Assembly (NCBI GenBank): GCA_037310415.1
Contig: CP147780.1
Coordinates: 2,304,001-2,368,000 of the forward strand
DNA: 64,000 bases
From: Candidatus Atabeyarchaeum deiterrae
GTDB taxonomy: Archaea; Asgardarchaeota; Atabeyarchaeia; Atabeyarchaeales; Atabeyarchaeaceae
Direction: 5' to 3'
Shown here: positions 20,132 to 29,207 of the stretch, piece after piece
Position numbering within the stretch: position 1 is the first letter of the stretch
Layout of the letters: the number at the start of each line of letters is the position of its first letter
Program-made: the position numbers and the translations under genes
Notes under the pieces: generated by a model
The model's database searches: none
What the model saw: the letters and a program-made list of their open reading frames with translations, nothing else
Told to the model about the DNA's origin: nothing

Positions 20132-20843
20132 CTACCTCCCAATACATGCTAGGCTGTGCCTTGATCGGATGACCTTCTTCCTCCACCAATATTTCTAGGT
20201 ACTCCTCCACCTCTCGATCTGCCTTCATCAAGGAGGGCACGGTTTCGAGAGAATATTTCTGGTCGGGCTCTGGCTGTACTTTGGCGAGCGGTTTGTCTGT
20301 GCCCGAGTTTCTGATCGGAACAACTGAATTCATCTCCAGATATTCACCGTGGCTCCCAGGTACTCTGGGTTCTGCATCGTACTCATCGATGTACCTGAAG
20401 TTGCCTATTAGCCCGCTTAGACCGAGAGCCGGGGTGTACACCGATTTGTGCTCGCCTAGCAGCTCCCTTAACCTTTCGTAGAACTGTTTGTCGCTGTGAA
20501 ACAGGTATAGTCTGTACTTCGGATCTTTGAGAAACTCGAAGTTGATGAGTGTGTGTTGCTTGAAGTAGTTCACCAGCGGAGGAGCGGCGAGGTGTTCGTT
20601 TTTCGTACTGATGAGGCTTATCGAGATTCTCGACTTCTTTACAGGGTTCAGCAGTCGAAGAGCGATTTTCGACTTGTCTTTGAAACGTTCTTGGTACTCG
20701 TTTCTCCCCAGACCAGCGATTGCCGAGATAAGTCCCACAATGGTCGTTCTGGGAGGAATTGAGTGGGTTAGAGGCGAGGTAGTTGTGTAACGTTTCTTGA
20801 AGTGGGCGTAGTCTCCCCAGACATCGAAAACAAGGACTCGCAT
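20103..20843 (-). CDS. cas5: Cas5 (type I-B)
   Basis: MRVLVFDVWGDYAHFKK..LTHSIPPRTTIVGLISAIAG; PKYRLY; YTPALG. Confidence 0.93.
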   Translation of the reverse strand: MRVLVFDVWGDYAHFKKRYTTTSPLTHSIPPRTTIVGLISAIAGLGRNEYQERFKDKSKIALRLLNPVKKSRISISLISTKNEHLAAPPLVNYFKQHTLINFEFLKDPKYRLYLFHSDKQFYERLRELLGEHKSVYTPALGLSGLIGNFRYIDEYDAEPRVPGSHGEYLEMNSVVPIRNSGTDKPLAKVQPEPDQKYSLETVPSLMKADREVEEYLEILVEEEGHPIKAQPSMYWEVGDGTRVVPF

Positions 20844-20854
20844 TTGCTTACACC

Positions 20855-21931
20855 CTATAATTCGAGCTTCTCGCACCTTAGCCCGGAATTCCTCAGAAAT
20901 TCGGCGAGTTCTTGCTCTTTGCCATCTATTGAAGTCTTGACCCTCTCATCCACCTTGTAGCCGATTGAAGAGATCTTTTCACTATGCTGCCTAAGCGTGT
21001 TAACGAGTCCCGTCACGTCAATCGTCAGATCCGAAATGCCTCGTAGCTGCTCATCAGGCACATCGCTTTTGTGTTCTATTAGCGCGTCTAGGTCGCCTAC
21101 GTGGTAGTTCTTGTCTTTGTAGTTCACCTTCAGCAGGAGGCGCGGCATCTGCCCGACTTTGGACCTAGAAATCAGGTTCTTTGTGCCATTCCACATGCCA
21201 TCGAGAAGGAGGGCTACGTCGTTTTCGGTGAGGCTGGTCACCTTGGCTTGGTTTTCGTTTATTATGCCGTAGAAGCATATCAGCGAATATGGGAGCACCC
21301 ACTCCTCCCTGAACGTCTTCTGCTCTTTCCTTGGCTTCGAGGCAAACGCACCTGTTCCCTTGACGTATTTCAGCTCCACCTTGTTAAGTGAGCGTCCCAT
21401 CTTAAACTGGACCGGGCCAGTATATTTTATGGAACCCTCCTCTTTCTCTGCAATCTCTTCTATCTCGTCAGACTCTTCGTTCTGGTTACTTTCCTTCTTC
21501 ATGTCGCCTTTCAGTGTGCCTAGAGGTATTACGCCACCAAAGAGCCTGACATCGATGCATTCTTCTACAATCTTGCCGGGGCTGTTTTTGAAATCCTTTG
21601 CCCTCATCTTCGCATCTTGAATGTTACCTTGATCGTCCTTGATCTCCCTCACGAAAATCTCTTTTCCCTTGAATTTGAGAAGGTGGTCTCTGATCGTTCT
21701 CTTCAATCTGACATCTGTCACTATGTTTTTGCGCGTTTCTTCGTCAATTCTCGGTTTGTTCTCGTCTGCGGGATCCCCATTTGGGTTGGAATCAGTTACG
21801 TCGTAGAGGAACAGGAGTTCAGACCTGTTTGCAACAATGTCGCTTACCGCTTTCGTATCCCCCTTTTCAGTTTTTCCTTTTTCTTTCTCAACCTTAGAGA
21901 TGGTTCTACTCATTGCTTTCAGCTCCTTCAT
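20855..21931 (-). CDS. cas7: Cas7 (Csh2/Cas7b type); alternative start at 21913
   Basis: NRSELLFLYD..NPNGDP..NKPRID, TDVRLKRTIRD, IDVRLFG, TGPVQF, SRSKVGQMPRLL. Confidence 0.94.
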   Translation of the reverse strand: MKELKAMSRTISKVEKEKGKTEKGDTKAVSDIVANRSELLFLYDVTDSNPNGDPADENKPRIDEETRKNIVTDVRLKRTIRDHLLKFKGKEIFVREIKDDQGNIQDAKMRAKDFKNSPGKIVEECIDVRLFGGVIPLGTLKGDMKKESNQNEESDEIEEIAEKEEGSIKYTGPVQFKMGRSLNKVELKYVKGTGAFASKPRKEQKTFREEWVLPYSLICFYGIINENQAKVTSLTENDVALLLDGMWNGTKNLISRSKVGQMPRLLLKVNYKDKNYHVGDLDALIEHKSDVPDEQLRGISDLTIDVTGLVNTLRQHSEKISSIGYKVDERVKTSIDGKEQELAEFLRNSGLRCEKLEL

Positions 21932-23762
21932 CTTTTTCTTCTTCTCTCCCCGTCTTGAACGCGTCTACCATATTCATTCCGACGACAAAGTAGTAACTCA
22001 CTTCATCATTGCTAAGACTCCAATGTTCACCAGCTGCCATGAAGTAGTTCGAGATCAGTTTCTCAAGCTCTCTGTAGTAGTTCTTGCCATATTCTTCCAA
22101 TTTCCCTTGTATTGCGGGCAAGAGCGCTTTCAGCTTTCTTTCGTCTAACTTTAGCCCGTTCAACTTCTCAACAAAGGGCCTAGACCCCCTCTCTTGGAAC
22201 TGTATGTTGAGCAACTTCTGTGTTAATACGCCTATCAGAAATATCGCCTTCTTCGTGTCAGAGTTAAAGAAGTCTTTGAATTCCGCGAATATCCCGTTGG
22301 CTACCTCAGTGTAGTTGACGGCTCCGCCACCTTTGCCGACTGCCTGCATCGGTAATTTCGCCACCGAGTCTTTTACACCTCCATAGTCATGCAATATTCC
22401 TAATCCGTGAAGATACGTGAAGAGCATTAGACCCTGCAGGGTTAGCTTCTTTACTTTCCGTCCTTTAACGAATTCATTTCTTATCCTTCTAATCAGAAAC
22501 GCCATTATGAGCGCATAGTCCACGTCCCGTCCCACAAACATCTTTCCAACTGTGTCAAGATAGTACTTTTGCGATGTGTCCTTCCCCTTTGACTCAAGGA
22601 AGATGTCGTGCAAGATTTTGAAGTTAAACGCGAGTCTTCCGTTTGCAAACAGTTTGATACTATCTACCTTTATCTTAGTTTCATATAGCCTTTTCAGTCT
22701 TGACGGCAGCACCTCGTTGATGCTCAGTAGTATCTTTAGCTCCTTCGGTTTCGGGCGTTCGTAGAACAAGAAGCTCAATGTAAGAACATCATTCTTCTGT
22801 TCACCTAGAAGCCGAAGCATTGTATCCTCACTGGCAACTAGCCCCCCAAGCCAGCCTCTCTCTTTTTCGGAGAAGGAAGGATCACGAGCATATTTCTCGA
22901 CTATGGCGAATACGTCATCATATGCATCCCTATTTGTTCTGAAAATGAACCTTGGGATAAGGTAGTATCTGAAACCTCCATAGAAACTGAGATTCAGCTT
23001 CTTTCCTAAATACCTCTTTCCAGCTTCAAGCTTAAGAGTGCAAGCGTGACAGATGGGATAAAGTTTCCAGGCATTTTGTCGGTTTAGCCCAGGCGCGAAA
23101 CCGCGCTTATCCAGCGTGTAGAATGGGAAAATATCGGATGTAAAGCCGTATACCTTTTCAGATTTCCTGAGACATATGCTGCAGATCGCATCTCTGCCGA
23201 GTGACGTAGTATTATATTTGTTATAGTAGTCAGAAGTCAGACGTTCAATGAAGACCTCTTCAAATATCTTATGATCACCGATGTATGTTGAGCTTCCGTT
23301 TTCTTCGAATTTGAGTGTCAATAGTGGTTTCCGTTCTTTTGGATCTAGGTCTGACGATGATTCCTCCATTTCTTTGATGATTCTTTCTTTGTTCCTTTCA
23401 AGAGTTGCTTTGATCTCCGCAAATTTCCCGCGCTCCTCTGGAGCCAGTCTTAGTCTTTTCATGTTTTCATCTGAAAACCAATAAAGAAACTTCTTTTCGA
23501 ATGTACGTTGAGGATCTAATAGTACAGAGGAGGGAGACACATTGGATCCCTGTGAAGCGCCGCGCCTGTAGAGGTATTTCTCTTTGGAAGCGAAGTCATA
23601 TTCTTCCAACTCCACCTTCTCGTATTCACAGCCGCCAGAGGTTCTCTTGAGGACTATGCTCAAAACATGCTTCGCTCTTGGATCGTCAACAAGTGTCGAT
23701 AGACCGCCTTTCTCTTCCTTGGAAAGCATGTACTCGCCGAGTTCCGCGACTGCTTCAATCAT
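21906..23762 (-). CDS. cas8b: Cas8b large subunit (TM1802/Csh1-like)
   Basis: MIEAVAELG start, CSIC and C..C Zn motif, FYTLDKRGF, YYLIP, C-terminal AIFLIGVL..LLNIQ..YYFVVGM; position in operon. Confidence 0.88.
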   Translation of the reverse strand: MIEAVAELGEYMLSKEEKGGLSTLVDDPRAKHVLSIVLKRTSGGCEYEKVELEEYDFASKEKYLYRRGASQGSNVSPSSVLLDPQRTFEKKFLYWFSDENMKRLRLAPEERGKFAEIKATLERNKERIIKEMEESSSDLDPKERKPLLTLKFEENGSSTYIGDHKIFEEVFIERLTSDYYNKYNTTSLGRDAICSICLRKSEKVYGFTSDIFPFYTLDKRGFAPGLNRQNAWKLYPICHACTLKLEAGKRYLGKKLNLSFYGGFRYYLIPRFIFRTNRDAYDDVFAIVEKYARDPSFSEKERGWLGGLVASEDTMLRLLGEQKNDVLTLSFLFYERPKPKELKILLSINEVLPSRLKRLYETKIKVDSIKLFANGRLAFNFKILHDIFLESKGKDTSQKYYLDTVGKMFVGRDVDYALIMAFLIRRIRNEFVKGRKVKKLTLQGLMLFTYLHGLGILHDYGGVKDSVAKLPMQAVGKGGGAVNYTEVANGIFAEFKDFFNSDTKKAIFLIGVLTQKLLNIQFQERGSRPFVEKLNGLKLDERKLKALLPAIQGKLEEYGKNYYRELEKLISNYFMAAGEHWSLSNDEVSYYFVVGMNMVDAFKTGREEEKDEGAESNE

Positions 23763-23995
23763 TTCTTCTTCCCATCCTCGCTCGGAAAACCTCTGCACCA
23801 TCGTCGTATTCGTCGAGCATGACCCTCTCCTCACTATTACTTATGTCTTGACCATATAAATGATTACCATTGGGCGCGTTCGAAATTCTGCTGAGTTACT
23901 GGAACTGCATGAAGGAACATGGAATCATAGCCGATAACATGTTGAGCTGACATGTTTGTCGGTACACTTTGCGCCCGTAGGAAGCCTGCGGACCG

Positions 23996-24703
23996 TTATC
24001 TCAGGGGGTTTATGAAGCCGAAACCTAGGCTGTTTTTCTCTCCGAGTCCGCAGTCCATTATGAACTCATAGAATTTTCTGTTCTCAACTGTGTCGATGCC
24101 GTATTTTTCAAGGAGTTTCCAGACGCTCCCTATTATTATGAACTCTTTCTCTCCTCGCTTTGCTCGTACTGAGACTTCCTTTCTGAATACTAGTCTATCA
24201 AAGATGTTCTCAGCAAGGTCGTATTTTTCCGAGTAGAAGGCGTTATACTTTCGTATGGCGTTCTCCTTGATGCGCTGCAAGAAGAAACTGAGGTCCCCGC
24301 TTCTCTCGAAGGAGTAGTAACGGTTCTCACGGCTGTCCTCGTAAATGGTTATGGGGCTTGCAGAGATGAATCGACTGCTCAAATCGGGTCGAACTACTTT
24401 GTACCTCGCTTCAATCTCGTGGTCGCCGAGTTTGAACCTTCGCTCTGCTCTAAGGGTTTTCGCCATGGATTCTATTAGGTATTCATTAGGGGATGAAATT
24501 AGAATGTTCTTTTCCTGTCCTACTCTGAAGTCGTCTATTGGAAAGATGTCTGAGAAGCAGAAGAACTTGAACTTTGGTAGATTATGGTATTCTTCAACAT
24601 CTTCTTCTCTGATAAGCGAGTAGACGAGCCCTTGAACAGTGTGCTTGTTTATCGAGTCGTAGGAGAAATCATCTAAAGTCGAAAACGTGAGAAGTAGACG
24701 CAT
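23996..24703 (-). CDS. cas6: Cas6 endoribonuclease
   Basis: FKFFCFSD, ISSP, C-terminal Gly-rich GLGEKNSLGFG. Confidence 0.95.
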   Translation of the reverse strand: MRLLLTFSTLDDFSYDSINKHTVQGLVYSLIREEDVEEYHNLPKFKFFCFSDIFPIDDFRVGQEKNILISSPNEYLIESMAKTLRAERRFKLGDHEIEARYKVVRPDLSSRFISASPITIYEDSRENRYYSFERSGDLSFFLQRIKENAIRKYNAFYSEKYDLAENIFDRLVFRKEVSVRAKRGEKEFIIIGSVWKLLEKYGIDTVENRKFYEFIMDCGLGEKNSLGFGFINPLR

Positions 24704-24849
24704 AGGTAGGAATTCATGAGCCTTTCTAATTTAAACTTGTTGACAAGACGGGTAGGTTTCACCGATCTGCCAAGGCCGCTTCCGTAGAGTTCATGAGCCA
24801 AGTGTTCAGCATATCGAGATCTCTACCTCGAAGCATTGAGCATAAGCGA

Positions 24850-24880
24850 GTTCTTGAAACTAACACAAATGTGTAGGTAG
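24850..24880 (-). repeat. Right terminal inverted repeat
   Basis: GTTCTTGAAACTAACAC-aaatgtgt-AGGTAG, followed by AGCATA. Confidence 0.75.
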
Positions 24881-25167
24881 AGCATATTATTGTCCAATAG
24901 GAGGAAGTCGAGACGAGGTGGGGGCGGCTGCACAGCGCTGATTATCAGGAAGATGTAATGAATACGTAGGTGAAAAGGCAGTTCCTAAGATAAGAGTCGA
25001 CGCAATGCAAGAAACGCTCTGCAACCCTTAACTATTTAAAGAGGAGCTATTTTTACTAGTGTTTTAACCCTTAACAATCATTCGGAAGAGGAACATGTGA
25101 AGTAGTGGTTTCATTGTTTCTCTCTAATAGGAATAAGAATGGTTGAATTTAGAGGTGAAAAAGAAGC

Positions 25168-25974
25168 ATGGCAAAGCTAACCGGGAAAGTTGCAATAATA
25201 ACTGGAGCAGCTAGAGGCATAGGACAGGCAACAGCTGAACTCTTCGCCAAGGAAGGAGCAGACATAGTTGTCGCAGACATGGCAGACGGAGCCGAGACAG
25301 TGAACAAGGTTAAAGCCACCGGAAGAAAAGCGATCTTCGTGAAGACTGATGTTTCAAAGTTTGACGAAGTCACCAAGTTAGTTGAGGCAACAATCAAGGA
25401 ATTCAAGAAGGTAGACATCCTGATCAACAACGCTGGGATAATTCGAGACAAAACTATCTGGAACATGACGCCAGAAGACTACGACCTAGTCCTTGGCATT
25501 AATCTGAAGGGCTGCTGGAATTGCATAAAAGCTGTGGCATCCGGATGGCGTGAGCGTGCCAAGGCTGACAAGACCTTCAAAGCAAAAATCGTAAGCGTAT
25601 CCTCCATAGCTGGATTACATGGGAACTTTGGACAAACAAACTACTCCGCAGCGAAGTCTGGCATCGTAGGTCTAACCAAGACTGCAGCTAAGGAGCTGGC
25701 AGCGGCAAACGTCTACGCTAACTGTGTCGCTCTGGGATTCATCGAGACTCAGATGACAGCGGAAACCGCCCTCTCAATTGGAGCCAAGACTGTTGATGAA
25801 GGCTTCAAGATAATGAAGAACAACATTGTCGGAGCGGGGCGAGAAGGAGTAGTAGCAAACCAGATCCCTGCAAAGCCGCTCGAAGCAGCTAAAGTCATCC
25901 TCTTCTTGGCATCAGACGACTCAGACATCATAAACGGACAGGTAATCGAGGCTTACGCGGGCTGGAAGATGTAG
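25168..25974 (+). CDS. Short-chain dehydrogenase/reductase (FabG-like)
   Basis: TGAARGIG, NNAGI, YSAAK. Confidence 0.92.
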   Translation: MAKLTGKVAIITGAARGIGQATAELFAKEGADIVVADMADGAETVNKVKATGRKAIFVKTDVSKFDEVTKLVEATIKEFKKVDILINNAGIIRDKTIWNMTPEDYDLVLGINLKGCWNCIKAVASGWRERAKADKTFKAKIVSVSSIAGLHGNFGQTNYSAAKSGIVGLTKTAAKELAAANVYANCVALGFIETQMTAETALSIGAKTVDEGFKIMKNNIVGAGREGVVANQIPAKPLEAAKVILFLASDDSDIINGQVIEAYAGWKM

Positions 25975-26010
25975 AGAAGCGATCATAGCCTCTCTTGGAA
26001 TACGCCAACC

Positions 26011-26026
26011 ACCTTTTTCTTTTTTG
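26011..26026 (+). terminator. Archaeal oligo-T terminator after the SDR gene
   Basis: CCTTTTTCTTTTTTG about 40 nt after the stop. Confidence 0.5.
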
Positions 26027-26224
26027 AAGCCGAGCCGAACAGGAGATCGCACAGGCTCTCTTTTTTGTCCATAAATGTGAATCTCACAAGATGTTCCTCG
26101 CCAGTTTGCCTTGTGTGCGTCCGTTTTTGGGATTGTGAACTAGTTTTTAGCGAAATATCGAAACTGATTTATGTGTGATGTGATGTAATAGAACATCAAG
26201 GAATATTCACGAGAGGATTGACAA

Positions 26225-26329
26225 ATGTCAAAGAAGAAATCGAAACCAGCTCACAAGGGAGCAAGGAAGACTCAGAAGAAGTCTTCAAAGAAGGAAGGAT
26301 GGTTCGCCAGACACTTCAAGGAAAAATAA
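26225..26329 (+). CDS. Putative 34-aa highly basic peptide
   Basis: MSKKKSKPAHKGARKTQKKSSKKEGWFARHFKEK; ATG preceded by GAGAGGA; sits in an otherwise empty intergenic gap. Confidence 0.4.
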   Translation: MSKKKSKPAHKGARKTQKKSSKKEGWFARHFKEK

Positions 26330-26663
26330 GGAAACTGATTCCACCAATACCAGCTATAGTCGATACGAAGGAAGGGGCTGTCTACCAGGTCAACTCGACC
26401 AATGCTATATTGAGCAGATGATGGTTCCTTCTGGTATCACAATTTCGATGTTTTCTGATGGCTTGCGAGGGACTGACTTTAGGGCAATATAACCAACGAA
26501 AAAGTGAAGTGGGGAATTGGGGAAGGCAGAAAGCTTCCTGATGCGGGGAAGTTGCGCCTGATATTCCCTTTTTTTGTTCTTGTTTTTCTCGGAAAGTAGA
26601 AATAATAGTTCACCCAAGATGATAAGCTTGGGAAGAGTCCTCTGGAGGAGGAAAGAGAGACAA

Positions 26664-28346
26664 TTGTCTAAGAAGAGTATTTACGAACAGAAACCTTGGC
26701 TGAAATCCTACGTAGAAGGGGTCCCTGAGCACGTCGAATACCCCGAGGTACCGCTTTTTGATGTGATTGATAGAGCTGGCAAAGAAATACCAGACAACAC
26801 TGCAATCTACTTTCTCGGTAGGAAGATAAACTACCGAGACCTGAAGGCAATGGTTGACAAGCTTGCAACTGCGCTCGCTGCACTTGGCGTTAAGAAAGGC
26901 GATGTCGTTGCTCTGTTTCTGCCCAATTATCCGCAGTTTGTAATAGGGTATTATGCAGCAATCAGAATCGGGGCAATAGTGACTTCATTGAGTCTGTTAG
27001 CAACACCTCCTGAAGCAAAGTATCAGCTAACGGACTCTCAGGCGCAGACTATAATAATCGACGAGAGAAATCTGCCGACCCTTGATAAGGTTAAGAGTGA
27101 AACTAAACTCAAGCATGTAATAGTAACAGCCTTACAGGATTTTCTGCCTGGAAAGCCCCCGGTTCACAAAGAGATACCTGGTGCGCAGTGGTTATTAGAC
27201 CTCATAAACAAGTACGAGTCCAACCCACCCGTTGTCAAGATAGATCCTAGGGAAGACGCAGCGATACTCCAGTATACCGGAGGAACGACTGGGGTTCCGA
27301 AAGGCGCCATATTGACTCATTTCAACCTGTATTCAAATGCTGTTCAGGTCAACGTTTGGATAAGGGAAGCGAAATACGGAAAAGAGGTTGTCATGGCTAA
27401 CCTGCCGTTCTTTCATTTGTATGGCATGGAAGCATGCATGAACATGGGGCTATACTGCGGTGCCATGCTAGTGTTGAACCCCGACCCCCGAGACATAACA
27501 TCTTTGCTATACTTGATCAAGGCAACCAAACCTACGCTCATGCCAGGAGTACCAACGCTTTACATGAAGATCCTAGATCATCCCGACGTGACCAAAGGAA
27601 AAATTGATTTTAGCTCTCTCTGGGTTCTGGTAAGCGGTGCAGCTCCGTGCCCTCCAGAAGTACTCAAGAGATTCAAAGCAATGACTTCAGCAAAACTTGT
27701 GGAAGCCTATGGGATGACTGAAACCTCGCCAGCAGCCACCATAACCCCATTCGGCGGAAAGATCAAACTTGGAAGTGTGGGTCTGCCGATATCTGACACA
27801 GAAATCAAACTTGTCGATATCGACACAGGAACGAAGGAAGTGCCTCTCAACGAGCCAGGCGAAATAGTCATCCGTGGCCCACAAGTCTTCAAGGGATACT
27901 GGAACAGACCCGAAGAGACCAAGAATCAACTTAAGAATGGCTGGCTATACACGGGAGACATAGGGAAAATGGATGAAGAAGGTTACTTCTACATTGTTGA
28001 CAGGAAGAAGGAGATGGTAATCGTCTCAGGCTTCAAAGTCTATCCACGCGAAGTCGACGACGTGCTCTATGAGCACCCAGCCGTCCAAATGGCTGCAACA
28101 GTCGGGATTCCAGACCCCGATAAGCCTGGCAGCGAGAAGGTGAAAGCGTTCATCGTGCTCAAACCAACCTATCAGCCCAGCGAAGAGCTCAAGGAAGACA
28201 TCATTGCTCATGCACGAAAGTCACTTTCCCCTTACAAGGTCCCGAAATTCATAGAATTCAGAAAAGAGGTACCCACTTCTCTCGTAGGAAAAGTACTGAA
28301 GAGACCATTGAAAGAGGAAGAACAGCAGAAGAATATCGGCAAGTAA
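26664..28346 (+). CDS. Long-chain fatty-acid--CoA ligase
   Basis: YTGGTTGVPKG, EAYGMTE, TGDIG, DRKKE, GKVLKR; TTG start after GGAGGAGG. Confidence 0.93.
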   Translation: MSKKSIYEQKPWLKSYVEGVPEHVEYPEVPLFDVIDRAGKEIPDNTAIYFLGRKINYRDLKAMVDKLATALAALGVKKGDVVALFLPNYPQFVIGYYAAIRIGAIVTSLSLLATPPEAKYQLTDSQAQTIIIDERNLPTLDKVKSETKLKHVIVTALQDFLPGKPPVHKEIPGAQWLLDLINKYESNPPVVKIDPREDAAILQYTGGTTGVPKGAILTHFNLYSNAVQVNVWIREAKYGKEVVMANLPFFHLYGMEACMNMGLYCGAMLVLNPDPRDITSLLYLIKATKPTLMPGVPTLYMKILDHPDVTKGKIDFSSLWVLVSGAAPCPPEVLKRFKAMTSAKLVEAYGMTETSPAATITPFGGKIKLGSVGLPISDTEIKLVDIDTGTKEVPLNEPGEIVIRGPQVFKGYWNRPEETKNQLKNGWLYTGDIGKMDEEGYFYIVDRKKEMVIVSGFKVYPREVDDVLYEHPAVQMAATVGIPDPDKPGSEKVKAFIVLKPTYQPSEELKEDIIAHARKSLSPYKVPKFIEFRKEVPTSLVGKVLKRPLKEEEQQKNIGK

Positions 28347-28382
28347 AACATGGCTATCTTAGACTAGCACCATTCCTTTTCC

Positions 28383-28895
28383 TTAGAATGTAATTGTCTT
28401 AGACGAGACTTGGACAGTTCCGCCTTGCCGTACTGTTGAGAGAACCACAAAAGTTGTTGTCTTTTCTACAGATGGGCATTGCCTGATTTTCTCGATTATT
28501 TTCTCGAGTTCAGTCGGGTTATTGCAGACAACTCTGACAACGTAATCGAACTCCCCGGTGACCGAGTATATTTCGACTGCTTCACTGATTGTTGTCAGTT
28601 CTTTGGCTACATCTTGTTGGCCTCTCTTTGTGTTCACCATTATTAGCGCTGCCACGGCTTTACCGAGTTTTGCAAGGTCCAAGTTTACTGTGAAGCTCTT
28701 TATCACGCCTGAGTCAGCCAACTTTCTTATCCTGTTTCTGACAGTTGTCTCTGACAGACCTAGTCTTTTGGCTATCTCGGCTGCTGGAGTTCTGGAGTCG
28801 CGCTGGAGAAATGATATGATTATTCTGTCGGTCTCATCCACAGTCGGCTCTCGTCCGACTTCGGTAACACTTTCTTCTCCTTCATTAGCAGTCAT
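28383..28895 (-). CDS. Lrp/AsnC family regulator
   Basis: DSRTPAAEIAKRLGLSETTVRNRIRKL; YSVTGEFD. Confidence 0.92.
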   Translation of the reverse strand: MTANEGEESVTEVGREPTVDETDRIIISFLQRDSRTPAAEIAKRLGLSETTVRNRIRKLADSGVIKSFTVNLDLAKLGKAVAALIMVNTKRGQQDVAKELTTISEAVEIYSVTGEFDYVVRVVCNNPTELEKIIEKIRQCPSVEKTTTFVVLSTVRQGGTVQVSSKTITF

Positions 28896-29207
28896 TTAGT
28901 GTCTCCTCCCTTAGTTCGAAGCTACCGACCTGCAATGTGACTTGGGAATCCAAAAGCATACCCTTAGAACTACTTCCGTTTCGACATAAAAGCTTTGCTT
29001 GGTAAGTGTTTTGGAACGATCTTTATACCGACCATCATACTAAACGGAATTCGAATCCATAGTTTGAATCAAGATAATCACACACATCTACAAGCTGGAG
29101 GTTGAAGTTCAGAAACCCACGTGATTGAATAGAAAGCTTCTAGTTACCGTCAGCAAAAGCTTATATTGATGGTGAAGGAAGGGACGTTCAGGGAGAGCGT
29201 GGGCGCA

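Larger units (their letters stand above)
12240..24880. mobile_element. Putative non-autonomous mobile element carrying the entire type I-B CRISPR-Cas locus
   Basis: Left end 12240-12270 is CTACCT-ctatcaaa-GTGTTAGTTTGAAGAAC. The reverse complement of the right end 24850-24880 is CTACCT-acacattt-GTGTTAGTTTCAAGAAC. AGCATA lies directly outside both ends (12234-12239 and 24881-24886). No transposase or integrase ORF is seen inside. Confidence 0.72.

Noticed and set aside
12240-24880. Calling the element a CAST or casposon
   Set aside because: There is no tnsA/B/C/tniQ and no PolB. Cas3 is intact, and Cas1 looks like an ordinary type I-B Cas1 within a cas4-cas1-cas2 module.
26218-26617. ORF-track ORFs 26218-26421 and 26405-26617
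   Set aside because: No recognisable features. The 34-aa ATG ORF in another frame has a better start context.
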